64,000 nt of DNA from Deltaproteobacteria bacterium (lineage in GTDB: Bacteria; Bdellovibrionota; FAC87; UBA2466), in NCBI GenBank assembly GCA_016196825.1, contig JACPWY010000055.1, positions 70-64,069 on the forward strand. The letters run 5' to 3'. Positions 8,634-18,071 of this stretch are shown one piece after another. The notes beneath the pieces are model-generated. The model worked only from the letters and a program-made list of their open reading frames with translations. It did no database searches and was not told the DNA's origin. Positions within the stretch are counted from its first letter, which is position 1; each line of letters starts with the position of its first letter. Both the position numbers and the translations under genes were made by a program.

Positions 8634-10850
8634 TCAGCCGTCTTTTTTCTGAACGCGTTCGACCGAGATCACACCTTCAACGCCTTCGAGGGCGCGGATG
8701 ATCTTTGAAAGATGCGGCAAATCCTGGATCGCCACCCCAAAGGTGCAGACCGCTTTCTTGTCTTTCGTCGTTCCCACGGTTGCGCGGCTGATGTTGGTGT
8801 CGAGCTCCTTGATCACGCGGCTCATGTCGGCGAGGAGTCCCGGCCGATCCTCGCACAACACTCGCACCTTGACGATCCGCTCGGCCCTCTTCGACACATC
8901 CCAGTCGATATCGACGAGACGGTGAGGATCGGTGTCAAAGACCTTCGGGCATTTTCGGGAGTGGACGCTGATGCCGCGGCCACGCGTGATGAAGCCGACC
9001 ACGCTGTCCCCCGGCACCGGGTTGCAGCAGCGGGCGAAGCGGACGAGGATGTCATCGACCCCCTTCACCTTCACAACCTGGCGCTCCTGATTCTTTCTTT
9101 TTGCCTCTTGAAAGATCTTCTGAAGAGGCGATTCGGGGCTAGCCGTCAGCGCCTCGCCCTCGGGCTGGATCTTGGTGAGGATCTTTCTCACGCTGATCTT
9201 GCCATATCCGACAGCGCTCATGAGGTCGTCCACCGATTTCAGAGAAAACTCTTCGGCGACCCGCAGGAGTGTGCCGTCCTTCTGCAGTGTCTTGAGCTTC
9301 AGATTCTCGCGCTTGAGCTCCCTATCAAGGACCATCTCGCCCATCGTTTTCGATTTCTCATGCTCGGCGCTTTTAATGAACTGACGAATCTTGTTTTTGG
9401 AGCGCGAGGTGCGGACGATCTTGAGCCAATCCTTGTTGGGCTTCTGATTGGGCGAGGTGATGATCTCAACGGTATCACCGCTTTTCAGCTTATGCTTGAG
9501 CGGCACAATGCGGCCGTTGACTTTGGCGCCGATGCAGCGGTGGCCCAGATCCGTGTGAACCGCGTAGGCGAAATCGAGCGGCGTGGACCCTTGGGGAAAC
9601 TCCATCACCTGCCCTTTCGGCGTGAAGACATAAACATCTTCCGCGAAGAGATCGAGCTTCACCGTCTCTAAGAACTCATTGGGGTCGGAGAGATCGCGGT
9701 TCCATTCGATGAGTCTCGTGAGCCATCCGAACTTCTCCTGGTCCTTATCGGTATCCTTCCCGAGGCTGACATTTTCTTTGTAGGCCCAGTGGGCAGCAAT
9801 TCCGCGTTCAGCGGTATCGTGCATTTCATGGGTGCGAATCTGGATCTCAATGCGTTCGCCCCCGGGGCCGACGACCGTCGTATGCAAGGACTGATAAAAA
9901 TTGGCCTTGGGAATGGCAATGTAATCCTTGAACCGCCCCGGCACCGGCGTCCACAAGGAGTGCAAGAGCCCCAGAACCGCGTAGCACTGCTCGACCGTAT
10001 CCACGAGCACGCGGAAACCGGTAATGTCATAAACCTGATCGTATGAAACGTTCCGTTTCTCCATCTTTTTGTGGATGGAATAGAAATGCTTCGGGCGGCC
10101 GGTGACGTTAGCCGAGCCGTAACCGTGCTGCGCGAGCGTGCTCTGGATGAGCGCCTGCACATCGACAGTGTATTGCTCGCGCTCCTTCATCTTCTTACTC
10201 ACCTGCGAAACGAGGCGGTAGTAGATCTCGGGCTTTGTGAAACGGAGCGAGAGATCCTCCAGCTCACGTTTCAAGGAAGACAATCCCAGGCGATTGGCGA
10301 GTGGACTGTAGATATCCAAAGTCTCCTGCGCGATCTTCACCTGCTTCTCGGGCTTCAAGTGCTGGAGCGTGCGCATGTTGTGGAGGCGATCGGCGATTTT
10401 TACGATGATCACGCGCAGGTCCTTCGCCATTGCGAGGATCATCTTGCGAAAATTCTCGGCCTGCTTCTCCTCGCTGGTCTGGAACGTGATCTGGGAGATT
10501 TTGGTGACGCCATCGACAAGCACCGCGATATCATGGCCGAAGTTGGCCTCAATCTCCGCCAGAGTCGCGCGCGTGTCTTCGACGGTGTCGTGCAAAAGAC
10601 CCGTCACAATCGTCGTCGTGTCGAGCTTGAGCTCGGCGAGGATCCGCGCCACTTCAAGCGGGTGCTGAATATAGGGCTCGCCGCTCGAACGCTTTTGATC
10701 CTGGTGGGCGCCGGCGGAGAAGTGGAACGCCTTCTCGATCAGGGCCGTGTCGGACTTTGGGCTGATCTGTTTCACCGTATTGATGAGTGACTTTAGTGCG
10801 GCAACTGGCTCGAAAGGCGGAGGAGTATTTTGCGTCGTTGTTACTGACAT
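8634..10850 (-). CDS. rel: bifunctional (p)ppGpp synthetase/hydrolase (RelA/SpoT family)
   Basis: HD hydrolase motif HPLEVARILAELKLD...LLHDTVEDT, a RelA/SpoT synthetase region (RPKHFYSIHKKM), a TGS region (VFTPKG...GSTPLDFAYAVHTDLG) and a C-terminal ACT-like region. Start trimmed to ATG 10850, just after the gmk stop at 10841-10843. Confidence 0.95.
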   Translation of the reverse strand: MSVTTTQNTPPPFEPVAALKSLINTVKQISPKSDTALIEKAFHFSAGAHQDQKRSSGEPYIQHPLEVARILAELKLDTTTIVTGLLHDTVEDTRATLAEIEANFGHDIAVLVDGVTKISQITFQTSEEKQAENFRKMILAMAKDLRVIIVKIADRLHNMRTLQHLKPEKQVKIAQETLDIYSPLANRLGLSSLKRELEDLSLRFTKPEIYYRLVSQVSKKMKEREQYTVDVQALIQSTLAQHGYGSANVTGRPKHFYSIHKKMEKRNVSYDQVYDITGFRVLVDTVEQCYAVLGLLHSLWTPVPGRFKDYIAIPKANFYQSLHTTVVGPGGERIEIQIRTHEMHDTAERGIAAHWAYKENVSLGKDTDKDQEKFGWLTRLIEWNRDLSDPNEFLETVKLDLFAEDVYVFTPKGQVMEFPQGSTPLDFAYAVHTDLGHRCIGAKVNGRIVPLKHKLKSGDTVEIITSPNQKPNKDWLKIVRTSRSKNKIRQFIKSAEHEKSKTMGEMVLDRELKRENLKLKTLQKDGTLLRVAEEFSLKSVDDLMSAVGYGKISVRKILTKIQPEGEALTASPESPLQKIFQEAKRKNQERQVVKVKGVDDILVRFARCCNPVPGDSVVGFITRGRGISVHSRKCPKVFDTDPHRLVDIDWDVSKRAERIVKVRVLCEDRPGLLADMSRVIKELDTNISRATVGTTKDKKAVCTFGVAIQDLPHLSKIIRALEGVEGVISVERVQKKDG

Positions 10851-11431
10851 TCTTTCCTGAAGATGCTTTGGAGTTCCTTGTAGGCCCGGTCCAGCTGGTC
10901 GTTCAAAATCTGGTAGTCGAAGATCCTGCTCCATTCGACTTCATTGTAGGCATTGCGCAAACGCGTTTCAATAGCCTGCGGGCTGTCGCCCTTGCGATCC
11001 ACCAGTCTTTTCTCGAGCTCCTTCATCGACGGTGGGTGGATGAAAATGAGCAAAACCCGGTCGCCATAGGCCTTTTGCAGGCTCTTAGCGCCCTGTACGT
11101 CGATATCAAAAAGGACATGCTTTCCATTTGTTAACGCCTTTTCGATCTGCTCGCGGGAGGACCCATAAAAATTACGATGGACCTCGGCCCATTCGGCAAA
11201 ATTGCCCGCCGTCTGCTGGGCCTTGAACTCGTCGGGAGTCACAAAAAAATAGTGAACTCCTTGAGTTTCGTTAGGTCTTTGGGGCCGAGTTGTCGTCGAA
11301 ATGGAGAGCTGGACCGTGGGGAACTCCTTGAGGAGCCTCTCACAGAGTGTGGTCTTCCCAGCGCCCGAGGGGGCTGAAAGAATGATGAGGCGAGGAAGAG
11401 GTGTCTTCGATGTTCTACGAGACAAACTCAC
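10841..11431 (-). CDS. gmk: guanylate kinase
   Basis: P-loop LIILSAPSGAGKTTL, then STTTRPQRPNE..GVHYFFV. Size (196 aa) is typical. Confidence 0.95.
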   Translation of the reverse strand: MSLSRRTSKTPLPRLIILSAPSGAGKTTLCERLLKEFPTVQLSISTTTRPQRPNETQGVHYFFVTPDEFKAQQTAGNFAEWAEVHRNFYGSSREQIEKALTNGKHVLFDIDVQGAKSLQKAYGDRVLLIFIHPPSMKELEKRLVDRKGDSPQAIETRLRNAYNEVEWSRIFDYQILNDQLDRAYKELQSIFRKECQ

Positions 11432-11741
11432 CCTCCTCCAGCTCCTGCCTTGAAAGCGCAGATTGGAGGGGCGCGACTTTGAAACGTTCCTGCAGCGTGG
11501 TCGACAGCACGCTTGTCACAACCACGTGGCCGGAATCGAGCACAATGAGCGACTTCTCTCGGCGCCCAGCAGACGCATCGATGAGCCGATTCTCTTGCTC
11601 GGCCCTATTGCGCATGCGGCGCACTGGCGACGAATTGATCTCCTGAATCGCCACGATGCGATCACAGGGCAGGTAGTTTTTGAATCCAACGTCCAAAGTG
11701 TTCCCCTGGTTCAAACGGAATGCCTTAAACTTATTCGACAT
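11415..11741 (-). CDS. remA: RemA/DUF370-family regulator
   Basis: LDVGFKNYLPCDRIVAIQEINSSPVRRMRNRAEQENRLIDASAGRREKSLIVLDSGHVVVTSV matches the RemA pattern (..iGfgN.v...riiai..p.SaP.kR.i..a...g.liDaT.GrrtravI..ds.hv.LSa.). It sits in the conserved yicC-remA-gmk context. Confidence 0.8.
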   Translation of the reverse strand: MSNKFKAFRLNQGNTLDVGFKNYLPCDRIVAIQEINSSPVRRMRNRAEQENRLIDASAGRREKSLIVLDSGHVVVTSVLSTTLQERFKVAPLQSALSRQELEEGEFVS

Positions 11742-12615
11742 TTTGCGCCTGCTCCCTTAGCTTTTCGATCGCATGCTTCGCTTCGATAACGCTTTGCGAA
11801 ATCCTCGTTGAAGCGACCTTGGCTCCGAGCGTGTTCACCTCACGATTGATCTCCTGCAACAGAAAATCGAGCTTCCGGCCGACGCTCCCCTGATCCTTGA
11901 GAGCAGCCCGGAAGGCCCCGAGGTGGTGCGCGAGACGATCGAGCTCCTCCGAGACATCCGCCTTGTCGGCCAACAGTGCCAGCTCGAGCTCAAGGCGCTG
12001 CGAGTCAATCCCTTCGAGCTTCCATTTTTTCAGTCGGGCCGTGAGCCGCTCATGGATGAGTTGGGGTTGATCAACGGAAGCCTTGAGGATGCGATCGGCG
12101 ATCTCTTGGAGATCATTGATTCCAGAAAGAAGAATCTCGGAAAGCCGTTGGCCCTCGCTTTCGCGCATCTTCGAGAGAGCCTGAAGACCCTTTTCGACGA
12201 TGCCTTTGATGTCAGTGAAGATCGCTTCGTCCTTCTCTTCTTCGGTGGCAACGACGACCCGGGCGGTGCTGATGACCGCTTCCGCTGTGAGGGCGATCGG
12301 GGTGCCGGCGGCTTTGGAAACCTTTTCTAAGGACTGCAGAAGGCTCCTGAGAGCCAGCTCATCCACGATAAATCGGGAGACGCCTTTGATAGCTCCCTGC
12401 TTCGGGGCAAGACGTGTGCGAATCGAGAGCTCGAAGGATCCGCGCTCAAAGCGGGAGCGGAGGAGTTCGTTCAGGGGAATTTCAAGTGAAGACAGGGCCG
12501 ACGGAAGCCGAAACCGGGCCTCAAGATACCGATGGTTCACACTTTTTGATTCAAACGTATAGTGGGTGTCGCCGACCGTTCCATCCGAACGGCCAAAGCC
12601 GGTCATTGATCTCAT
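11731..12615 (-). CDS. yicC: YicC-family stress-induced protein
   Basis: N-terminus MRSMTGFGRS and C-terminus EINREVNTLGAK..S...S..V.E.K..IEK.REQ.QNVE are typical of YicC. Confidence 0.85.
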   Translation of the reverse strand: MRSMTGFGRSDGTVGDTHYTFESKSVNHRYLEARFRLPSALSSLEIPLNELLRSRFERGSFELSIRTRLAPKQGAIKGVSRFIVDELALRSLLQSLEKVSKAAGTPIALTAEAVISTARVVVATEEEKDEAIFTDIKGIVEKGLQALSKMRESEGQRLSEILLSGINDLQEIADRILKASVDQPQLIHERLTARLKKWKLEGIDSQRLELELALLADKADVSEELDRLAHHLGAFRAALKDQGSVGRKLDFLLQEINREVNTLGAKVASTRISQSVIEAKHAIEKLREQAQNVE

Positions 12616-13556
12616 GGTGGGGTCTCCAGAGCGTATTTGAGGTTTTCCACCTCTAGGGCGACGCGATCGAGATCGCGCGAATCGACGTAGCGAATCTCCG
12701 GGTCGCTCCTCAGCCAGGTGATCTGACGCTTCGCCAGCCGGCGAGTCTTCTCGATGATCTCATTCCTGAGCTGCTTATCCGTGAGTTCTTTCGAGAGGAA
12801 GCGAGCCGCTTCGTTGTATCCGATGCAAGAGAGAGAGCGAGTCTTGGGATACTTTTGCAAAAGGGCGCGCGCCTCATCCACTAGGCCGGTCATGAGCATA
12901 GTTTCCGTTCGTCGAGTGATGTTGTTGGTGAGGACACGGCGAGAGACCGCCATGGCATACTTCATCCAAAGACGCGATGACTGCTCGGGAGAGACACGTT
13001 CGGGTTTGAGCTCGCTCGGTTTCTGTTTGTAGTGTTTCAGAATAGCGAGAGCGCGAACGAGGCGATAACGATCGTTGGGGTGGATCTTCTCTGCCGCGGC
13101 AGGGTCCTGTGACTTGAGATTGGCGTACATCTTCTCGCCATCGAGCGTTTCATCGATCGTGTATTCATTTTCGATCGCCTCGATCTCGACCGCCGAGACA
13201 AACACATTCTGGTACATGCCGTGCTGTAGGGCCCGGAGGTAAAAATAGGTTCCCCCCACCACGATGGGGAGCTTTCCACGGGATGCAATCTCCGTAATGC
13301 TGCTCTCGGCCTGTTCCACAAAATGGTAGGCCGAAAAATTTTCATCGGGGTTCAGGACATCGAGTAGGTGGTGGCGCACCCGTTCCCGCTCCTCGCGAGA
13401 GGGCTTACTCGTGCCGATGTCGAGCTCGCGATAGACCGTCGAGGAATCAAGGCAAACAATTTCGCCGCCCAGACGCGCGGCCACCTCAATGGCAAAGGCC
13501 GACTTGCCGGAGGCGGTGGGGCCCAGTATAGCGAGGGTGAGGTGGCGGCTCTTCAT
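12612..13556 (-). CDS. miaA: tRNA dimethylallyltransferase
   Basis: P-loop ILGPTASGKSAFAIEVA, DSSTVYRELDIGTSKP, VGGTYFYLRAL. 4-nt overlaps with both neighbours. Confidence 0.95.
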   Translation of the reverse strand: MKSRHLTLAILGPTASGKSAFAIEVAARLGGEIVCLDSSTVYRELDIGTSKPSREERERVRHHLLDVLNPDENFSAYHFVEQAESSITEIASRGKLPIVVGGTYFYLRALQHGMYQNVFVSAVEIEAIENEYTIDETLDGEKMYANLKSQDPAAAEKIHPNDRYRLVRALAILKHYKQKPSELKPERVSPEQSSRLWMKYAMAVSRRVLTNNITRRTETMLMTGLVDEARALLQKYPKTRSLSCIGYNEAARFLSKELTDKQLRNEIIEKTRRLAKRQITWLRSDPEIRYVDSRDLDRVALEVENLKYALETPP

Positions 13557-15349
13557 ATTCTTTGAAAATACCTCTTCATCTCCCCAAAGCTCAACCGGAA
13601 GAGTACGGGGCGGCCATGAGGGCAGGTCCAGCCCATTTCGAGGTCCTTCAGGTAATTCATCAGCGAACGGGCCTCGGTGTCGCTCAGACGCTGATTCGCG
13701 CGGACCACGCTGTGGCAGGCCACGGTCGCGAGATAGGGCCGGAGAATTTTTTCCTTGAGCCGTGAGGCATCCTCTTCACTGAGACAGAGGCGGAGTGTTT
13801 CAAGAAGTGTTCTCTCGGCCTCGGATTCGCTCAGGACCTGTGGAATTGATCGGATTGCCACATCACAGCCGCCAATCGATTCGACCTCCATGCCGAGCTC
13901 GGAGAGAAGGGGAAGGGCGACCTCGGCGATGGCCGTGAGATCGGGTGGAAGAGAGATGACCTTGGGCACCAATAGCGATTGTGTGGGTTGCCGCCCCACC
14001 GCGGCCGAGGCCATGAGCTCTTCAAAACGAAATTTTTCATGGAGAGCGTGTTGATCGACGAGGAGAAGGCCTTCATCGTCCTCGCATACCAGATAGGCCG
14101 CATCCGCCTGGCCGAGGTAGCGCACCGAAGAGGGCTCGATCACTGGAACGGGCTGGTACATTGCCGATCGCGGTCCAGAAACTCCGGGGACAACCAAATT
14201 TTCCGCCTCCGACACGTACTGGTGCACCGCCTCTAAAACTGGCGGCGCAAAGAGATCCGGCTCGGGGCTGGACATAGGAATCTCACTCAACAAAGGCGAA
14301 GACTCCTCTTTGTTCCCCCCTGCGGAACTGCGCCGGGCAAGCCAGGTTTTGGGGAGAGCCTCGGTGATTTTTTTGGGCGGTTGGGAGAGGTGCTTACGGA
14401 TAGAGGCCACGATCCAGCTGTAGAGGATCTCACCTTTTAAGATGCGGACCTCGGATTTTTGGGGGTGAACGTTTACATCGACCCAGTCGGCGCGGATGTC
14501 GATGAAGAGCGCGCCGCTTGGGTCGTGGTGGGGTCCGAGGGTGTCGATGTAGGCGCTGCGCACGGCGCTCATGAGATTGCGGTTTCTAACGCTGCGACCG
14601 TTCACATATACGAAGAGCTCACCCCGATCATTGATTGTGTGCGCTGGCGAGAGAAACCCTTCGAGCTCGATGCCCTCCGTGCTCTCTTTCAAACAGAGTG
14701 GTTCCCAATCAACTTTGAGGCATTCCCGCACCCGATCGGCCCGTGAATCGCTCACGTAGGATTTTGGAGTGCCTCCATTGTGCGACACAAAAAAGGAGAC
14801 GCTCGGGTTCCCGAGGGCGATCTCTTTCAAAATCTTTTGGCAGTGAGCAAGCTCCGTGGAGTGGCTGCGCAGAAACTTTTGCCGCGCCGGAAGTTTTTCA
14901 AAAAGACGGGTGACCGTAATGGTGGTCCCCTCCTTTTGACCGACCGGCTGAGCGGCCCCCTTTACCTCACCAAACTCCACAGCGATCTTATGGCCCAGGC
15001 TCTCGCCCCGGCGCCTACTCTGAATCGTGAGATGGCCTACCGCCGCGATGCTTGAAAGCGCCTCGCCGCGAAACCCGAAGGTCTCAATCGCCTCGAGGCA
15101 ATCGGCATCCACAATCTTGCTGGTCGCGTGGCGCTCGATGCAAAGAATGAGGTCCTCGCCTGTCATCCCCTCACCATCATCGATGATCTCGATGAGATCC
15201 GTACCGCCTTCACCCAGACGGACGTCCACCCGCCTGGCGCCGGCGTCGATGGCATTTTCCACGAGCTCCTTGAGTACACTCGCCGGCCTTTCGACAACTT
15301 CGCCCGCAGCGATAAGGTTAATAAGGTGGTCAGGAAGGCGCCGAATCAT
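13553..15349 (-). CDS. mutL: DNA mismatch repair protein MutL (endonuclease-type)
   Basis: GHKL ATPase N-terminus MIRRLPDHLINLIAAGEVVERPASVLKELVENAIDAG. The C-terminal domain carries the endonuclease motif DQHALHEKFRFEEL (DQHAxxExxxxE). Confidence 0.95.
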   Translation of the reverse strand: MIRRLPDHLINLIAAGEVVERPASVLKELVENAIDAGARRVDVRLGEGGTDLIEIIDDGEGMTGEDLILCIERHATSKIVDADCLEAIETFGFRGEALSSIAAVGHLTIQSRRRGESLGHKIAVEFGEVKGAAQPVGQKEGTTITVTRLFEKLPARQKFLRSHSTELAHCQKILKEIALGNPSVSFFVSHNGGTPKSYVSDSRADRVRECLKVDWEPLCLKESTEGIELEGFLSPAHTINDRGELFVYVNGRSVRNRNLMSAVRSAYIDTLGPHHDPSGALFIDIRADWVDVNVHPQKSEVRILKGEILYSWIVASIRKHLSQPPKKITEALPKTWLARRSSAGGNKEESSPLLSEIPMSSPEPDLFAPPVLEAVHQYVSEAENLVVPGVSGPRSAMYQPVPVIEPSSVRYLGQADAAYLVCEDDEGLLLVDQHALHEKFRFEELMASAAVGRQPTQSLLVPKVISLPPDLTAIAEVALPLLSELGMEVESIGGCDVAIRSIPQVLSESEAERTLLETLRLCLSEEDASRLKEKILRPYLATVACHSVVRANQRLSDTEARSLMNYLKDLEMGWTCPHGRPVLFRLSFGEMKRYFQRI

Positions 15350-15446
15350 GAAGTGTGAAACGGTATCAACACAACCAAAATGCCGTCAAACAACTTGGCA
15401 GAAAAGGGGGGTAATCCCTCAGCTCGGTTGAATTTGGCCAGAGGGA

Positions 15447-15704
15447 TTACACGTTGGGCACCGGAGGCATGTCCTCGACTTCGCCCTCTATCGTACGCCC
15501 ACCCGGAGGCACCGGAGCGCGGCCACCCACCGAGTCATCCGTATCGTGAGCGCCATCGTTGGGGCCCACACCGGGATTATGCGCTACAAGACCCCCGCCG
15601 TCGGTGCACTGGTTGCACCCCCCACGCTTTGCCTTCATCGACCGACAACCCAAGCCGAGCGTGGCAAATAGACCTATCGCAATCCAAAGTATGACCGTTT
15701 TCAT
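15447..15704 (-). CDS. small lipoprotein, unknown function
   Basis: Track ORF trimmed to ATG 15704 (GGGGGA upstream). MKTVILWIAIGLFATLGLGC gives a signal peptide with a lipobox Cys. The remainder is Gly/Pro/Asp-rich. Confidence 0.5.
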   Translation of the reverse strand: MKTVILWIAIGLFATLGLGCRSMKAKRGGCNQCTDGGGLVAHNPGVGPNDGAHDTDDSVGGRAPVPPGGRTIEGEVEDMPPVPNV

Positions 15705-15909
15705 CGATCCCCCTAACGGTAGTGAATACAAGAAACATGCCGGGGGTTTAGGCATGCGTATACAGGAAGTGCGCGTAGGGGTTTTGGGCACGCGAATTCT
15801 CGGTTTGGCGGTAGCTTAAAAAATGGCGCGCGGGCGTGTAGGGACTACCGGCGCAATCTTCGTCTTCCAAACTGTGAAGAGGCACCAAGTTACTTTTCAG
15901 CCGCGACTG

Positions 15910-15945
15910 TTGACATAACTATACACATTGATATACACTCCACAC
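15910..15945 (+). promoter_or_regulatory. sigma70-like promoter with a direct-repeat operator candidate; possibly a leaderless transcript for the Phd-VapC pair
   Basis: TTGACA at 15910-15915, a 16-nt spacer, then TATACA at 15932-15937. TATACAC occurs twice (15920-15926 and 15932-15938). The ATG at 15946 lies 8 nt after the -10 element and has no SD. Confidence 0.4.
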
Positions 15946-16212
15946 ATGAAGGTCAACGCCCTCCAGGTTCGGCAGTCGTTTGGGAAGATTCTTAAGAAGC
16001 TTATTGCCTCCGATGAACCCATCATCATTGAGAAGGGGCGTTTGCCAGTGGCCGTCTTGATCTCTCTCAAGACGTTTCAGGAACGTTTTATTGACTACCG
16101 TGAGCAGCAGAAAAAAGAGGCGGTCCTGGAGAGATTCAAAAAGGCCGCAGTGGAATCCAAGACAGACTCTCTCAAAGCGCTCCGCGAGCTCCGCTATGGT
16201 TCGGATCGTTGA
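15946..16212 (+). CDS. Phd/YefM-family type II antitoxin
   Basis: MKVNALQVRQSFGKILKKLIASDEPIIIEKGRLPVAVLISLKTFQ is a typical Phd/YefM N-terminal fold. It overlaps the downstream PIN gene by 17 nt. Confidence 0.75.
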   Translation: MKVNALQVRQSFGKILKKLIASDEPIIIEKGRLPVAVLISLKTFQERFIDYREQQKKEAVLERFKKAAVESKTDSLKALRELRYGSDR

Positions 16213-16606
16213 CGCATCGGTAGCGATCAAGTGGTTCATCGAAGAACCCGGGCACGAAGTGGCCATTGCCATGCTCGAGGAGCTCATTGAAAAACCGAGA
16301 AACTTCGCCGTTCCGGAACTATTCTTTTTTGAGCTATTTCACGTATTCCACAGGATTCTGCCCCGAGCTACGAACGAACAGTTTGACCTGTTGACCACGG
16401 TCGTTGAATTACCCATTCAACGATTCTCGATGACCCGCGAACTTCTTGAGGCCTGCAGTGAGTTTCAGAAGATGGGCTTGTCGGGGTACGACAGCGCTTA
16501 TGTCGGACTCGCCAAAGTCTTAAAGGGCCAATGGGTAACCTTTGATTCGAAAGCCCACGCCGTCGTCAGGCACACCAACCTTTCCAAGCTCCTCTTAGCG
16601 CAGTAA
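16196..16606 (+). CDS. vapC: PIN-domain toxin (VapC family)
   Basis: Track ORF 16091-16606 trimmed to ATG 16196. MVRIVDASVAIKWFIEE...FAVPELFFFE...GYDSAYVGLA carries the acidic PIN residues (D6, E, D) in the usual spacing. Confidence 0.75.
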   Translation: MVRIVDASVAIKWFIEEPGHEVAIAMLEELIEKPRNFAVPELFFFELFHVFHRILPRATNEQFDLLTTVVELPIQRFSMTRELLEACSEFQKMGLSGYDSAYVGLAKVLKGQWVTFDSKAHAVVRHTNLSKLLLAQ

Positions 16607-16739
16607 CCCCGCTGGCGAGAACGCACTAAGGAGGCCCCCCAGGCGGGCCTGTAGGCCCGTCGGGGACGGCGACTGCGGAGGACGAAGTCCAGCGGGCCTT
16701 GCAGCCGCCAGGCATGGATCTTTCTCGATGCGTCCCTGT

Positions 16740-17924
16740 TTAGCTCCAGCCGCCCCATGGAACGAGAGCAACCCCGTCATTCTCCTTGGGAGGAACAAAA
16801 TTTTCGATTGGTCCCACGAGCATCCCATAGGGGCTTTTCAATTTCTTCATTGCGCCGCGGATGGAACGCTCTTCCCATGAGAGGCGTTTCTGCATCTGGG
16901 ACAGTGAAGAAACAATGCGAATGGGAATATCCTCTACAATATAATCGACGGGAGAGCCTTGAGCTGATTTGTAGTAGCAGGCATCGATCCTGTTTCCAGC
17001 ATAACTGTGAAGGCATCGCCACTCATTCCATAGAAAATGCCTGACTAAAGTCAGCGTTGCCCCCTCTCCCATGACCTTCTTCATGAGAAAGGCCGAAAGC
17101 CCGGCATCCATGAATTGCCAGGCCTCTTTGCCAATCCCGCTTGGGTGGCACCGATGCCGGTACAAGAGAAAAATCGTTTCCATACCGGAGAGGTACCGTC
17201 GAACGGTGCTCGCGGGTTCTTTGAAGTGTTTCAGAGTGGGAAGTTCACCGTCTGCCAAGACCTTCCCCATTTGTCGTACGAGTGAAAAAGCGATTTCAGC
17301 GTCATAATTTTTTTTGAGAACCCGGCCCAGATCTCGGTAAAGCGTAGTTTCAAGCCACGAAGTCCAATACAGATTTCGTTGTTCGTCTGATCGAGCAAAC
17401 GCCGGCACGGGCATTCCCCCCAATGCCAGATCTTGACTGATCTTCTCTGCTGACACACGCGGTTTTAGACCCTTCCAGGGCTCCAAAAACTGCGCCGGTC
17501 GAACTGGCAGTTGGTTGCGTTCCGCGAAGTTCAGAGGGTGCAGTTCCAAAATACCAATACGGCCCGTAAGACTCTCTCGAATGCCAACCTGATCAGAAAA
17601 AGACGTCGACCCGGTGATCAGGTAACTCCCCGGGAGCTTTTTCTTGTCCACCACCCTCTTAAGCTCGTCGAATATCGCCGGAACTTTTTGAACCTCATCG
17701 ATGAGGGCTGGTGTGCCGAGCCGAGCAACGAATGTCTTGATTGATCCCACGGCCTCTTCTCTAATTTCAGCGTCATCAAACGTGTAGTCACGTCCATTGG
17801 GGAGAAGCAACTTGGCCAAAGTAGTCTTGCCGCACTGCCGAGGCCCAATAATTCCGGTGACCGGCCAATAAGAGAAAAGCTTCTTCAGCTGCTCCAAGGC
17901 GAAACGGTCTCTAAAATGAGGCAC
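16740..17924 (-). CDS. AAA-type ATPase with DUF4143-like C-terminal domain
   Basis: Walker A GIIGPRQCGKTTLAK and Walker B-like ALIDEVQKVP. Length (394 aa) and C-terminal region are typical of the AAA_14/DUF4143 family. Confidence 0.85.
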   Translation of the reverse strand: MPHFRDRFALEQLKKLFSYWPVTGIIGPRQCGKTTLAKLLLPNGRDYTFDDAEIREEAVGSIKTFVARLGTPALIDEVQKVPAIFDELKRVVDKKKLPGSYLITGSTSFSDQVGIRESLTGRIGILELHPLNFAERNQLPVRPAQFLEPWKGLKPRVSAEKISQDLALGGMPVPAFARSDEQRNLYWTSWLETTLYRDLGRVLKKNYDAEIAFSLVRQMGKVLADGELPTLKHFKEPASTVRRYLSGMETIFLLYRHRCHPSGIGKEAWQFMDAGLSAFLMKKVMGEGATLTLVRHFLWNEWRCLHSYAGNRIDACYYKSAQGSPVDYIVEDIPIRIVSSLSQMQKRLSWEERSIRGAMKKLKSPYGMLVGPIENFVPPKENDGVALVPWGGWS

Positions 17925-18071
17925 CCTCTAATAATGCCTATAATAAATATCATTTGCAATATGCTTATTATATGCATTATTGTTCGGATATCGTTATTAT
18001 TCAGAGATGGCACGGATTAGGCGTAGGTACCTGCTACCGTGCTTTTCGGCCGAAAAGTAACTTGGTACCTG

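Noticed and set aside
8712-9671. 319-aa plus-strand ORF (and 10071-10790, 239 aa) antisense to rel
   Set aside because: These are shadow ORFs opposite a gene with unambiguous RelA/SpoT motifs. They have no motifs, and their composition is dominated by Leu/Arg/Asp from the complementary codons.
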